NCBI GenBank assembly: GCA_018302465.1
Contig: JAGVZQ010000004.1
Span: forward strand, 1 to 55,023
Length of the DNA: 55,023 nucleotides
DNA from: Candidatus Woesearchaeota archaeon
Lineage (GTDB): Archaea; Nanobdellota; Nanobdellia; SCGC-AAA011-G17; GW2011-AR20
Direction: 5' to 3'
Positions 38,244 through 48,041 of the stretch are shown here, piece by piece. Under the pieces are notes generated by a model that saw only the letters and a list, made by a program, of their open reading frames with translations, ran no database searches and was not told the DNA's origin. Position 1 is the first letter of the stretch, and each line of letters begins with the position of its first letter. Both the position numbers and the translations under genes were made by a program.

Positions 38244-39881
38244 ATGTCAATCAAAGATTCTATAAAAGAATTAAATAGACTCAGACAGATAATTGACATT
38301 CTCTTCAAAGAAGGTTTTGGTTTCTTAATTTATAAAACAGGATTAAGAAATCTTTTGGCTCTAAACCTAAGGCTAAACAAAAAAAAGTATGAAAATCCTA
38401 AAGATTCTGTTCCAATAAGACTAAGAAGAATAATGGAAGAACTGGATGGAACTTTCATAAAATTAGGGCAGTTATTAAGTCTAAGACCTGATTTAATTCC
38501 GAAAGAGTATGCAAAGGAATTTAGTAAACTGCAGGATCATGTCCCTCCTTTTTCATATGAAGAAGTAGAACAGACAATTGAATCAGAATTAAAATCTAAA
38601 CTAAAAGATGTTTTCTTGAAATTTGAAAAAATACCAATAGCTTCTGCTTCTATAGGTCAAGTTCATAAAGCTTGGTTAAAAAACGGAAAAAAAGTAGCAG
38701 TAAAAGTAATGCGGCCTAATGTTGAAGAAACTTTTGTAATAGACATAAAATTGTTATATCACATTGCAGAATTATTAGAAAGTCATTATGCAGAGTTAAA
38801 AGAATATGAACTATCAAGGATAGTAAAAGAATTTGAAAGATACACAAAAAATGAATTAGATTACATAAAAGAAGCCAAAAATTTAGAGGTATTTTATAAC
38901 AATTTCAAGAAAGATAAAAATATTGTAATACCAAAAGTATATCATGATTTTACAACAAAAAGGGTTCTTGTAATGGAGTTTATAGAAGGATATAAAATAA
39001 GCGAAGTAGAAAATTCTGCAGCAAAAAAGAGAGCAGTAAAATTAGCAATGGAATCTGTTCTAAAGCAGATATTTGAACTGCGTTATTTCCATGCAGACCC
39101 GCATCCTGGAAATATATTTATGATGAAAGAAGGGAAAATAGCATTCTTGGATTTAGGGATTGTAGGAAGGATAAATGAAGAAGAAATATATCATACTGAA
39201 AACCTTTTCGTTGCTTTATCATATGGAGACAGAAATTTAATGGCAGATTCTTTAATGAGTCTTGGAATGGTGGATAAAACCATTGATAAAGAGCAATTTA
39301 AGAGAGATCTAAGTGAACATTTAAGAGAATATTATGACATAAAGTTATATCAATTTAGTATTTCTGAATTCTTGTATGATCTATTGGCAATCACAAGAAA
39401 GTATAAAATAAAATTAATTCCTGATTTCGTTTTATTAGTAAAATCAGCAGCAACCCTAGAAGGGTTTGTAAAAGAGATGGACCCCGAATTCAACTTTGTA
39501 GAGGAATGGAAAAAATATGCAAAAAATATTATTAATACAAGAAAATCAATAAAGTATCAGAAAAAAGAATTAATAAAAACAGCATATGAATTTAAAAATC
39601 TAATAAAAGAACTTCCAAAAGAAATCAAAGGTTTCCTCTCAAGTCATGACAGGATAAATGTAGATATAGAAGAAAAGATGATCAACAAGCTTACTTTCAG
39701 GCTAGACTCAGCCATGAACAGAATAGCAATAGGCATTATAGCAGCTGCCTTGATTATAGCATCTACTCTAACAATAGGGAAAAGCGAAAGTATATTAAGC
39801 CCTTCAACAATCTTTTTAGTAATTGCATTAATATTATTTGTATATTTGATAAATTCAATTTCCAAAGAAAGGGAGGTGTAA
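38244..39881 (+). CDS. ABC1/UbiB-family atypical kinase
   Basis: IKLGQ, ASASIGQVH, VAVKV, HADPHPGN, DLG; C-terminal TMs. Confidence 0.92.
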   Translation: MSIKDSIKELNRLRQIIDILFKEGFGFLIYKTGLRNLLALNLRLNKKKYENPKDSVPIRLRRIMEELDGTFIKLGQLLSLRPDLIPKEYAKEFSKLQDHVPPFSYEEVEQTIESELKSKLKDVFLKFEKIPIASASIGQVHKAWLKNGKKVAVKVMRPNVEETFVIDIKLLYHIAELLESHYAELKEYELSRIVKEFERYTKNELDYIKEAKNLEVFYNNFKKDKNIVIPKVYHDFTTKRVLVMEFIEGYKISEVENSAAKKRAVKLAMESVLKQIFELRYFHADPHPGNIFMMKEGKIAFLDLGIVGRINEEEIYHTENLFVALSYGDRNLMADSLMSLGMVDKTIDKEQFKRDLSEHLREYYDIKLYQFSISEFLYDLLAITRKYKIKLIPDFVLLVKSAATLEGFVKEMDPEFNFVEEWKKYAKNIINTRKSIKYQKKELIKTAYEFKNLIKELPKEIKGFLSSHDRINVDIEEKMINKLTFRLDSAMNRIAIGIIAAALIIASTLTIGKSESILSPSTIFLVIALILFVYLINSISKEREV

Positions 39882-39885
39882 ATTG

Positions 39886-40149
39886 ATGAGAAATCTATTT
39901 AGAAGGGGGCTTGCCAGGTTAAGTTTCAGAAGACAGGTAAGCAGAAGTAAAAGGATAACAAAGGCTTTGCTTAAAACAGGTAAGTCTGAAACCGGAAGAA
40001 TAAAAGAAGCATTAAAAAGGGAAACAAAAAGAGAGGCCGGAAGAGCTATTTCTGCTGGAAAAAAAGAAGCAAAGAGAATGGAAAGGCAGGTTAAGGTAGA
40101 ATTAAGAGAGTCTTCAAGAAAAGTTGTTAGAAAAAGAGCGAGAAGATAA
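39886..40149 (+). CDS. Small very basic hypothetical protein
   Basis: GGAGGT SD upstream; K/R-rich. Confidence 0.6.
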   Translation: MRNLFRRGLARLSFRRQVSRSKRITKALLKTGKSETGRIKEALKRETKREAGRAISAGKKEAKRMERQVKVELRESSRKVVRKRARR

Positions 40150-40197
40150 TCCTACTTTTGTTTTTTATTAATTCAGTTTTATAAAAAGAAAATGGAA

Positions 40198-40264
40198 GCT
40201 ATTGTCCCAATAATCTATCATATAGTCTAGAATCTTCTTCAGTAGGTCTAGTTCTTCTGGTATT
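40198..40264 (-). pseudogene. Diverged duplicate of the 3' end of the 40917..41282 gene
   Basis: NTRRTRPTEEDSRLYDRLLGQ* versus NTRTKPTEADQRMYDQIMGQ*. Confidence 0.8.
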
Positions 40265-40285
40265 AAGGTTATAATCAATTAATAT

Positions 40286-40648
40286 TTAAGTGACCAAGTC
40301 TAAACTTACAATAATTGCTTGTTCAACCTTCTTCATTATTATACCATTAATCTTACTAAGTTTTTTGACAATCCTTGATTTATCTATCGTTCTTATTTGA
40401 TTTAAAAGAATTGTCGAATCTTTATCCAATTTACTCTCTTTGCTTGATACTTGAACATTTGTTGGAAACTCTTTGCTAAACACTACTGAAGTTATGGGGG
40501 CTATAATTGTTGTTGGACTATATTTATTGCCAATATCATTTTGGATAATCAGAGCTGGACGAATTTTTCCTTGCTCAGATCCCTTTACTGGTTCTAAATC
40601 AACAAGAACAATATCTCCTCTTTTTATCTCAATCCCATTCCTTGTCAA
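40286..40648 (-). CDS. mazF: MazF/PemK toxin
   Basis: RGDI..VDL.P..GSEQG.RPALIIQND, QIRTIDK.R. Confidence 0.92.
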   Translation of the reverse strand: MTRNGIEIKRGDIVLVDLEPVKGSEQGKIRPALIIQNDIGNKYSPTTIIAPITSVVFSKEFPTNVQVSSKESKLDKDSTILLNQIRTIDKSRIVKKLSKINGIIMKKVEQAIIVSLDLVT

Positions 40649-40850
40649 TAGAAGACCACTCCTTTGTTACCTTCAACGATTCTTTACTCATCTCCTTATA
40701 ACTTTCAATCAAAAAAGCAGTTTGAGTTCTTTTTTGTCTTTCCGTTTCTTTTATTAAGTTAAATATTACATCCTCATAACTCTCTCTTTCTTGTTTCAGA
40801 CTTTCTAGTTGTTTCTTTAATTTCTCATGAACTTGAATTGTTGTTACCAT
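40629..40850 (-). CDS. RHH-type antitoxin
   Basis: TTIQV...L..LK..ESYEDVI; overlaps mazF. Confidence 0.8.
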   Translation of the reverse strand: MVTTIQVHEKLKKQLESLKQERESYEDVIFNLIKETERQKRTQTAFLIESYKEMSKESLKVTKEWSSIDKEWD

Positions 40851-40916
40851 AAGGCTATAGAAATTCTATAGTTTATAAACTTTACTACTTGTTTATTCAT
40901 AAAAAGATATTGGGAA

Positions 40917-41282
40917 CTATTGTCCCATTATTTGATCATACATTCTCTGGTCTGCTTCAGTAGGTTTAGTTCTTGTATTTCCACTAGCATAGTTTACTCC
41001 ACCAGCATGGATGTTCCTATAATCCAATCTTCCATCACCGTCAGAATCTACCAAATAACTACCTCTTATTCCACCATAAGAAGGCCTATCATAAACTCTT
41101 ATTTCCCCATTACTAAATATACCATCTCTAAGTCTATGAACCTCAACAGTAGCATTACAAATGTCTCTGTACTCTCTGCTTTCTATTTTTGAGTTTTCAA
41201 AAGCAGCAAGTGGTCCCCAACACCATAAAAGTGAGGTACTAACTAATACCCCATTTCCTAATTTTTTCATTGATTGTTTCAT
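40917..41282 (-). CDS. Hypothetical secreted protein
   Basis: N-terminal hydrophobic segment; DSDGDGRLD Ca-binding-like motif. Confidence 0.65.
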   Translation of the reverse strand: MKQSMKKLGNGVLVSTSLLWCWGPLAAFENSKIESREYRDICNATVEVHRLRDGIFSNGEIRVYDRPSYGGIRGSYLVDSDGDGRLDYRNIHAGGVNYASGNTRTKPTEADQRMYDQIMGQ

Positions 41283-41370
41283 TTTTATTTTCCTCCATCA
41301 ACCTCTTCTTTTTCGAAAAGGTTTGATTATTTCTTACTAGTAGTAACATAATTAGTATATATAAAATATC

Positions 41371-41650
41371 TTATACAAAATTTTATTAAAAATGAACTTT
41401 AAAACTAGAATAGTTAATTTTTGTAAAATTATTGTTTTTCAAAAATCATAAGAGTATTTTATTTTATTATAAGTACATTGGAGCATGGGATTATGATATT
41501 GGAATAATAGTTAAGAATTCTAATGAATTAAGGATCTTTATCAATGAATTAAGAAAAAATTTCTCGGAAGGAATTAAGATAAATGATGTATATTTAATCT
41601 TAGAAGAAGTTACAGGATATAAATTACCAGAAGGTGCATTTAAGATTTAA
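41371..41650 (+). pseudogene. C-terminal remnant of an Lrp/AsnC regulator
   Basis: YKILLK / RIVNFCK / IGAWDYDIGIIVKN.NEL..FINELR..F across frameshifts; no HTH. Confidence 0.7.
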
Positions 41651-43052
41651 ATTTATTTATTAATTCAAAAACTTTCTTTCCCTCAACTTTCCCCTTATAC
41701 TTACTCATAATAATGCCCATAACAGCATTTGGACTTAAATCTTTTTTATTATTAATTATCTTCTTTATCTCATTCTCAATTTCTTTATCTGAAACTTTTC
41801 TATAATCATTAAAATTAACTTCCTTTCCATTACAATGATCAACCAATATTTCAATCACACTGTCTTTTGAAATATTTCCTTTATTCAAATTATCTAATAC
41901 TTTATCCATAAACCCTTTTTTTATTTCAGAATCAATTTTAAATCTGGATTTGATTTCTTTAGGAATTTCAATTAAAATATCTGCAATAATCCTTGGCTCC
42001 ATATTCTTATAGACATTGCTTAAGGAACCAAGATCAATTTCTCTCTCTACAACTTCCTGGGCTATTTCATGCCTTAAGCAGAATTTTTTCTCAACATTTA
42101 ATATTTTTTCAGTTATTAATTCAGGTAAAACAATCTTGTTTAACATCCCCTTACTTATTTCAATAATAGGGTGATCAGTCTCAACATACATTCTGTTAGC
42201 ACCAGGCATAGGTCTCAAAAAAGTAGTGCTTCCATTTTGCTCAACTTTCCTTACTTCTCCTCTTTTCGGTCTTTCCTTTAACTGCCTGTCAATTTCATTT
42301 TCAATAACTTTAGGAATATTTCTTAAATCCTGGAATCCTTTTAACTCAACCCTTGGAAGTTTATCTATTGACAAATTAATGTCCTGCCTTATTGTTCCAA
42401 TGCCTCTCTTCACTCTTCCAGTTGATCTTAGTATCATTCCTAAAGTAGAAGCAACTTCTTTTGCATGCTCTCCATCTTTAATTTCAGGAGTTGTGGCAAT
42501 TTCTAATAAAGGAACACCTAACCTATCTAACCTATAAGTAACTGTGTTCTCTGTTGATTTAATCTTCTTGGCTGCCTCTTCCTCTAAACATAAAGTAGCA
42601 ATTCCAACTTTCCCTTTTGATGTTTCTATATATCCATCAATGGCGATTAACATCGTCCTTTGAAACCCTGAAACATTGCTTCCATCAACAACAACTTTCC
42701 TCATCACATGAACTTCCCCTATAACATCCATGCTAAGAAGTAAAGCCACTTCCAATGCAGCTTCCAAAGCTTCCTTGTTTATAGGTTTAATAGGCTCTTC
42801 ATCATATTCAACTAAACAACTTGAGCTTGAACATGCCTCATAAATAAATTTCTTATTTTTAGACTGTTCAAATTTAGCAGCTTCATCTATTTCCCCTAAT
42901 TCTCCCATAGAAGCTCTTAATCTCCTTTTTAAAATGACATCTGGCTCGTTTGGATCATTAACTAAACTAGGACAATCACAGAATAACTTTTTAGTCTCTA
43001 ACTGCTGGTGTATTTCTAAGCCGCATTTAAATCCTAAACTTTTATAATCCAT
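41640..43052 (-). CDS. gatE: Glu-tRNA(Gln) amidotransferase subunit E (short form)
   Basis: MDY..LGFKCGLEIHQQL, DEEP, DGSNVSGFQRT, RGIGTIRQD, RPMPGANRMY.ETD. Confidence 0.95.
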   Translation of the reverse strand: MDYKSLGFKCGLEIHQQLETKKLFCDCPSLVNDPNEPDVILKRRLRASMGELGEIDEAAKFEQSKNKKFIYEACSSSSCLVEYDEEPIKPINKEALEAALEVALLLSMDVIGEVHVMRKVVVDGSNVSGFQRTMLIAIDGYIETSKGKVGIATLCLEEEAAKKIKSTENTVTYRLDRLGVPLLEIATTPEIKDGEHAKEVASTLGMILRSTGRVKRGIGTIRQDINLSIDKLPRVELKGFQDLRNIPKVIENEIDRQLKERPKRGEVRKVEQNGSTTFLRPMPGANRMYVETDHPIIEISKGMLNKIVLPELITEKILNVEKKFCLRHEIAQEVVEREIDLGSLSNVYKNMEPRIIADILIEIPKEIKSRFKIDSEIKKGFMDKVLDNLNKGNISKDSVIEILVDHCNGKEVNFNDYRKVSDKEIENEIKKIINNKKDLSPNAVMGIIMSKYKGKVEGKKVFELINKFKS

Positions 43053-43092
43053 AACATTAAATTCTATTGCATACATTATAAACTTTTTGAAA

Positions 43093-44130
43093 ATGATAAC
43101 AATTCAGGGAGATACTCATGAAGGTGGGGGCTCTGTAATAAGGGTAGCTTGTGCTTTATCTGCTTTAACTAAAAAACCAGTTAAAATTAATAAAATAAGG
43201 GAAAACAGGGAGAAAAAGGGATTAATGGAGCAGCATTATCAAAGTATTAAATCTCTAGCCAAATTATGCAATGCAGAAACAAAAGGGGTTGAACTTGGAA
43301 GCAGAGAATTAGAATTCATCCCAAATGAAATAACCAAAAAGCAATTGAAAGTTGAAATAAGAACAGCCGGAAGTGCTTGTCTGGCATTGCAGTCTCTAAT
43401 GCTTCCTTGTTTATTTCTAAAGCATAACATGCAGATAAGAATCAAGGGAGGAGCAACATTCAATGAAAAAGCCCCAAATATTTTCTATTTCACAGATGTT
43501 TTATTTTTTTATTTAAGAAATCTTGGATTTAATCTTGACATGGATTTAATCAAACATGGATTTTTTCCAAAAGGCGGAGCTGATTTAATTTTTAGGTCTA
43601 AGCCCCTTACTAAATTAAACAATCTTTATCTAGACATTCCAGGAGAATTAAATAAGATAACAGGAATTTCTCTTGCAACATCAGATTTAAAAAAAGCAAA
43701 AGTAGCAGAAAGGCAGGCATTAAGCGCTGAAAAAATACTTGGGAATAACTTTGACTGTCCAGTAAACATAGGAATAAGATACGTTGATTCCTTAAGTCCT
43801 GGTTCCGGAATTTTATTGAAAGCTCACTATCCTGATTATATTCTAGCTGGAGATGCTTTAGGCGCAAAAGGAAAATACAGTGAGAAAGTTGGAGAAGAGG
43901 CAGCAACAAATTTATTAAAACAAGTATTATCAGCAGCTACAGTAGATGAATACCTAGCAGACCAGTTAATTCCTTACTTAGCTTTGACAGAAGAGTCAAT
44001 AATAAAAGTGCCAAAGATTACAGACCACTTAAAAACAAATATCCATATAGTTGAAAAATTCATAGATTGTAAAATTAAAATAAAGGGGAAAATTATTGAA
44101 ATAAAAAATGACACTCCAAGAAATAGCTGA
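43093..44130 (+). CDS. rtcA: RNA 3'-terminal phosphate cyclase
   Basis: EGGG..IR, IR..R...GL..QH, TAGS..L, GFFPKGG, DEYLADQLIP, HLKTN. Confidence 0.92.
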   Translation: MITIQGDTHEGGGSVIRVACALSALTKKPVKINKIRENREKKGLMEQHYQSIKSLAKLCNAETKGVELGSRELEFIPNEITKKQLKVEIRTAGSACLALQSLMLPCLFLKHNMQIRIKGGATFNEKAPNIFYFTDVLFFYLRNLGFNLDMDLIKHGFFPKGGADLIFRSKPLTKLNNLYLDIPGELNKITGISLATSDLKKAKVAERQALSAEKILGNNFDCPVNIGIRYVDSLSPGSGILLKAHYPDYILAGDALGAKGKYSEKVGEEAATNLLKQVLSAATVDEYLADQLIPYLALTEESIIKVPKITDHLKTNIHIVEKFIDCKIKIKGKIIEIKNDTPRNS

Positions 44131-44827
44131 AGATATTAAAGGAAAAAGAAGTTTATCTGATTTAGATGAAGAATTCTTAAAATCAAGAATCTTAGAAAAG
44201 GTTGATAAATACAAAATAGATGTAAACAAGGATTTTAAAAAATTAAAAAGAAAAGATCGTTATAAAGAATTTTTCAAAGATATAAGAAAAACCTTAAGAA
44301 AAATTTATGGTGTTTATAGAGAAATAAAAGAAAAAAGAAGTAAAAAAACTTATTTGGAGATACAAGAAAAGATTGGAAGTTTTAGTTCTGTCTTAGATAT
44401 TGGCTGTGGTTTATCTCCCTTAGAATATATTGAAATATTTGGAAAAGATAAAACCTATTACTTAACAGATATCAGCAAAGAAAGCATAAAAGAAATTAAA
44501 AATTATATGCAAGAAAATAAAATTAAAGGCAAAGCTTCAATTTTTAACGCCTTTGATAATTATAATGATAAACTGCCAAAAACAGATGTTATTTTTTTAT
44601 TCAGAATGCTTGAATCTCTGGAATCGATAGAAAAAGGCTCTTCTGAAAGATTATTTAAAAAATTAAAGGCTAAAATAATCTTAGTTAGCTTCTCGAAAAT
44701 AGCCCTAAACCAAGGAGAAGAAATAAAGAAAAAAGGCAGATCCTGGTTCAGAAGGATGTTAAGTAAAAACGGCTATTCCTTTGAAGACTTTGACTTGGAA
44801 GATGAAATATTCTTCCTGATTAAATAA
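44108..44827 (+). CDS. Class I SAM methyltransferase, FmrO/ArmA (16S m7G1405)-like
   Basis: SVLDIGCGLSPL, DV.FLF..LE.LE, LVSF. Confidence 0.65.
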   Translation: MTLQEIAEDIKGKRSLSDLDEEFLKSRILEKVDKYKIDVNKDFKKLKRKDRYKEFFKDIRKTLRKIYGVYREIKEKRSKKTYLEIQEKIGSFSSVLDIGCGLSPLEYIEIFGKDKTYYLTDISKESIKEIKNYMQENKIKGKASIFNAFDNYNDKLPKTDVIFLFRMLESLESIEKGSSERLFKKLKAKIILVSFSKIALNQGEEIKKKGRSWFRRMLSKNGYSFEDFDLEDEIFFLIK

Positions 44828-44865
44828 AAACATTTAAAAGAACTCCCAATCACATCACATATGAT

Positions 44866-45031
44866 GCCGCGATCGCATAACCTGGTATTGCGCAGAGCTT
44901 GAAAGCGTGCAAGATTGCTAAGGTTATAGCAACCACAGAAATCCTGTTTCCTAACGGATATCTGGGTTCAAAGCACTCTCACGATATATGCTGAAAAGCT
45001 GTGTGTGAGTTTGAGAGTCCCAGTCGCGGCG
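44866..45031 (+). tRNA. tRNA-Ser(GCT) with three introns (29/30, 37/38, 59/60)
   Basis: Exons 44866-44895, 44913-44920, 44941-44972, 45018-45031 give GCCGCGA/TCGCGGC, CAGGA-TTGCTAA-TCCTG, a long variable arm and CTGGG-TTCAAAT-CCCAG; TTTAAAA box 26 nt upstream. Confidence 0.85.
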
Positions 45032-45167
45032 TCTTAATCTTAAAGTGACGCCCTGAAAATCAGAAAAAAGTTGGTTCAGCATCTGATTGTTCCTCTCGGG
45101 CGATTTGACTTTAGAGTTCTGCTCTGCATTACCTGCCTTTAAAAACAATATGGAGGTTGATGTTGAT

Positions 45168-46391
45168 ATGGTAGATAACGACATATACAACAATAAGCAG
45201 TACTGGGATAATTTTGTAGAAAGGGTAGACCAGTTAATTATCCCACCAGAGAGAAGAACAAAAAATTATAGAAGCAAATATTATATAAAAAATCCTAAAA
45301 ACTTAGGGTATTTTAAAAAATTAATACAAAAGTTTGAGGCTCAGGATTTGAGTTATATTAGAAGAAGGCGCATGAGGGATATTTTTCTTTTTGTTTGCTA
45401 TCATACAGAAAATGACCTTAAAAGTTTAGATGAGAATGATATTGAGAGGATAGCTATTGAGATGTTTAAGACCCATACAACAATAGCAAGCCAAAGCTCT
45501 TTTATTTCCATGGCAAGAAGAATATGGAAAATATTGTTTAAAAATTCTAAATATTGGGCAGAAATCAAAGCAAGACAGGATAGAAGCAAGCAAAGGCAGA
45601 GAAAAGACAAAATAAGTCCTGAAGAATATAAAGCAATTTTTAATTATTTTAATAGAGATATTGAAATGAAATTAATTGTTTCTTTAGTAGTTGAAAGTTT
45701 ATGCAGGCCAGCAGAGCTAGTTAGCTGCAAAATTTCTGGAATAGAGGATTATAATGACTATGCCTTAATTAATACTGAAAGGGGCAAGGAAGGCATTAAG
45801 AAATTAATATGCATAGACAGTTATGCTTTTTTGAAGGAATATCTTAAAAACCACCCTCTAAAAGATAACAAAGATTCTTATTTGTTTACAAATTATTATA
45901 GGATGATTGATAGCAATATCCATCCTAAGTATATAAATCAAAGATTAAGAAGGGCTTGCAATGATTTAAAATTAGGAAAAACGATTACTCTCTATTCTTT
46001 GAAAAGATTTGGAGTAACATCTAAAAGACTGCAGGGATATACAGATAATGAGATAATTAAGACCGCTGGATGGACTTCTGGGAAACAATTAGCTACATAT
46101 GACTTATCAACTCAACAGGAAGTAATAGACAGTTTATTGGCTAAAAAAGGCATTAGGAAAGATGACGAGAATTATAATATATTGCAGAAAAAGAGCTGCA
46201 TGTACTGCGGAAAGGAGGATATTGATTTTAATGAAGATGACTGCCCTAATTGCAGAAGAAGTTTAGATATCGGTAAAATAAGGAAGCAAATGGAGATTAT
46301 GGAGAAGATACAGAATCTGCCTGAAATTGAGAAAATATTGGAACAGTTGAATAGCTTTAAGAATAAAATGGATGGTGTTGGAAATGTTTGA
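45168..46391 (+). CDS. Tyrosine recombinase/integrase with C-terminal Zn ribbon
   Basis: CRPAEL (R), GK, YSLKR, AGW, ATYD (Y); CMYC...CPNC; GGAGGT SD before ATG 45168. Confidence 0.9.
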   Translation: MVDNDIYNNKQYWDNFVERVDQLIIPPERRTKNYRSKYYIKNPKNLGYFKKLIQKFEAQDLSYIRRRRMRDIFLFVCYHTENDLKSLDENDIERIAIEMFKTHTTIASQSSFISMARRIWKILFKNSKYWAEIKARQDRSKQRQRKDKISPEEYKAIFNYFNRDIEMKLIVSLVVESLCRPAELVSCKISGIEDYNDYALINTERGKEGIKKLICIDSYAFLKEYLKNHPLKDNKDSYLFTNYYRMIDSNIHPKYINQRLRRACNDLKLGKTITLYSLKRFGVTSKRLQGYTDNEIIKTAGWTSGKQLATYDLSTQQEVIDSLLAKKGIRKDDENYNILQKKSCMYCGKEDIDFNEDDCPNCRRSLDIGKIRKQMEIMEKIQNLPEIEKILEQLNSFKNKMDGVGNV

Positions 46392-46459
46392 TATAGAAAA
46401 TATGACAAATCAAAATAGTGAGCTGTAAAGTAAACGTCGCCTAACTAATAAAAAACCGC

Positions 46460-47968
46460 CTACTTATACTTGTCTTCTCTTGAAACACCACTTCCAAAAT
46501 TTATGCCACTTGCATCAGCATGATTTCTTATTTCTGTAGCTGCTGAAACTGCTGCTTCGTAAGATACACCAGAAAATCTATCTACATATAATTTTGATAT
46601 TTGATCGGTATCAATAGGCCAATCTGATGTTGGTCCTTCTGGAAATAAATCCTTTTCCATTAGCTTTCTTCCATAATAATTATTTGGTAGAGGTAATATT
46701 GGTTGAGCTTCTATATCACTAACTAATCTTTCATCAATTATATTTTTTGTCCATTCTACAGTTTCTCTAAGCGTTTCTGGCGTTTCTGCTTCTGTACCTA
46801 AAACAAGTGAACCATAAACATGAATTCCTTCACTTTTCATAAGCTTTAATGCTAAATAATTGGTTCTAACGCTATCGCCTGGTCCTTTCATATGTTGTAG
46901 AGTTTGATCACTTCCTGATTCCAATCCAATATTTACTCTGAATACTCCCATATCTTTGAACTGTTTTGCTAATTCTGGTCTTCTAACTAAATCGCGTGCC
47001 TGCGCATATACAAAGAATTGAGGTTCAAATCCCAAATTACTTGGCCTACTTTTAGCAACGTCTTTTACAAATTTACCAAAACTAGAGAAGCTGTCGCACA
47101 CCTCATAAAGTACATTAGCACCAACTTGCTCATAAGCTGCTTTTGCTTCTTCCCAGAACATTTTAGGAGATGAAAATGAGATATCTAATAACATATCACA
47201 ATGTTTACAAATATCTTTTCCTTGCCTTGAACATCCTCTTGCTCTGTTCATTGTAGAAACTCCCGTTACTTCTGAACTATGCAACCCTGCAAATTTATTC
47301 ATATAATTTTTTAAATAAGCATCCCAATGTTCTTTCGGAAAAAGAGTTCTATCAACAACAGGAAAAATATCCAATGCTGATGTTCTTTTCTTAGTTTTAT
47401 TTAGCTCTGATAAAGTGATGGAGAGTAAATTCTTATCTCTCTGATAGTCGAATCCTTTGATAGAATCACCATCTCTGTAAGTTAAATGGGGTATAGAAGA
47501 AAGAGGAATTGTTCCATCTTTAAGAGATTTGACTAACATCTCTAAGGATTCTTCACCATATTCACTTCCAATTACAAAATCAATATAAGGTCTATTGCTT
47601 AGTATCTTACCAGATAATTGTGCGGCTTGATCATTTCCAAATACTGTTAAAGCACCAGAGTCTTTTGCAGCTTGTGCTATTTGTAAAGCATTTTGATAAG
47701 ACGTACTGAGGACACTTACACCAACAAGTCCAGGATTGTACATTTCTATGTCTTTTAATATTTTTTCTTGTGAGTGTACCCCTCCATCTCTCACAATTAC
47801 TTCTAAATCAGAAACTCGTTGTTTTAGCCATGTACCTAGTGCTAATACACCAAGAGCAGGAAAGCTGTAATCGTTAGCTATCGCTGACATTCCAGGATCA
47901 TTTCCCGCATTTACTAAGTATACAACATCATTTTTTACTACTTTCATGTAATTAATAAGTAGTAACAT
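46460..47968 (-). CDS. B12-binding-domain radical SAM protein
   Basis: LGVLALGTWL, LVGVS, RGC-X7-CxxC, IGLESGS; likely start at MKVVK. Confidence 0.85.
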   Translation of the reverse strand: MLLLINYMKVVKNDVVYLVNAGNDPGMSAIANDYSFPALGVLALGTWLKQRVSDLEVIVRDGGVHSQEKILKDIEMYNPGLVGVSVLSTSYQNALQIAQAAKDSGALTVFGNDQAAQLSGKILSNRPYIDFVIGSEYGEESLEMLVKSLKDGTIPLSSIPHLTYRDGDSIKGFDYQRDKNLLSITLSELNKTKKRTSALDIFPVVDRTLFPKEHWDAYLKNYMNKFAGLHSSEVTGVSTMNRARGCSRQGKDICKHCDMLLDISFSSPKMFWEEAKAAYEQVGANVLYEVCDSFSSFGKFVKDVAKSRPSNLGFEPQFFVYAQARDLVRRPELAKQFKDMGVFRVNIGLESGSDQTLQHMKGPGDSVRTNYLALKLMKSEGIHVYGSLVLGTEAETPETLRETVEWTKNIIDERLVSDIEAQPILPLPNNYYGRKLMEKDLFPEGPTSDWPIDTDQISKLYVDRFSGVSYEAAVSAATEIRNHADASGINFGSGVSREDKYK

Positions 47969-48041
47969 GATAATAAAATAAACTTATGATATTTTTGACA
48001 AAAGTAAATATTTATATACTTATTATTACATTAGTCTTAAT

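Noticed and set aside
44893-44905. CAGAG-CTTGAAA read as a Ser(TGA) anticodon arm, or alternative splicing
   Set aside because: The stem would have an A-C mismatch and no BHB supports it; this sequence lies in a clean BHB intron whose removal gives a perfect CAGGA/TCCTG stem
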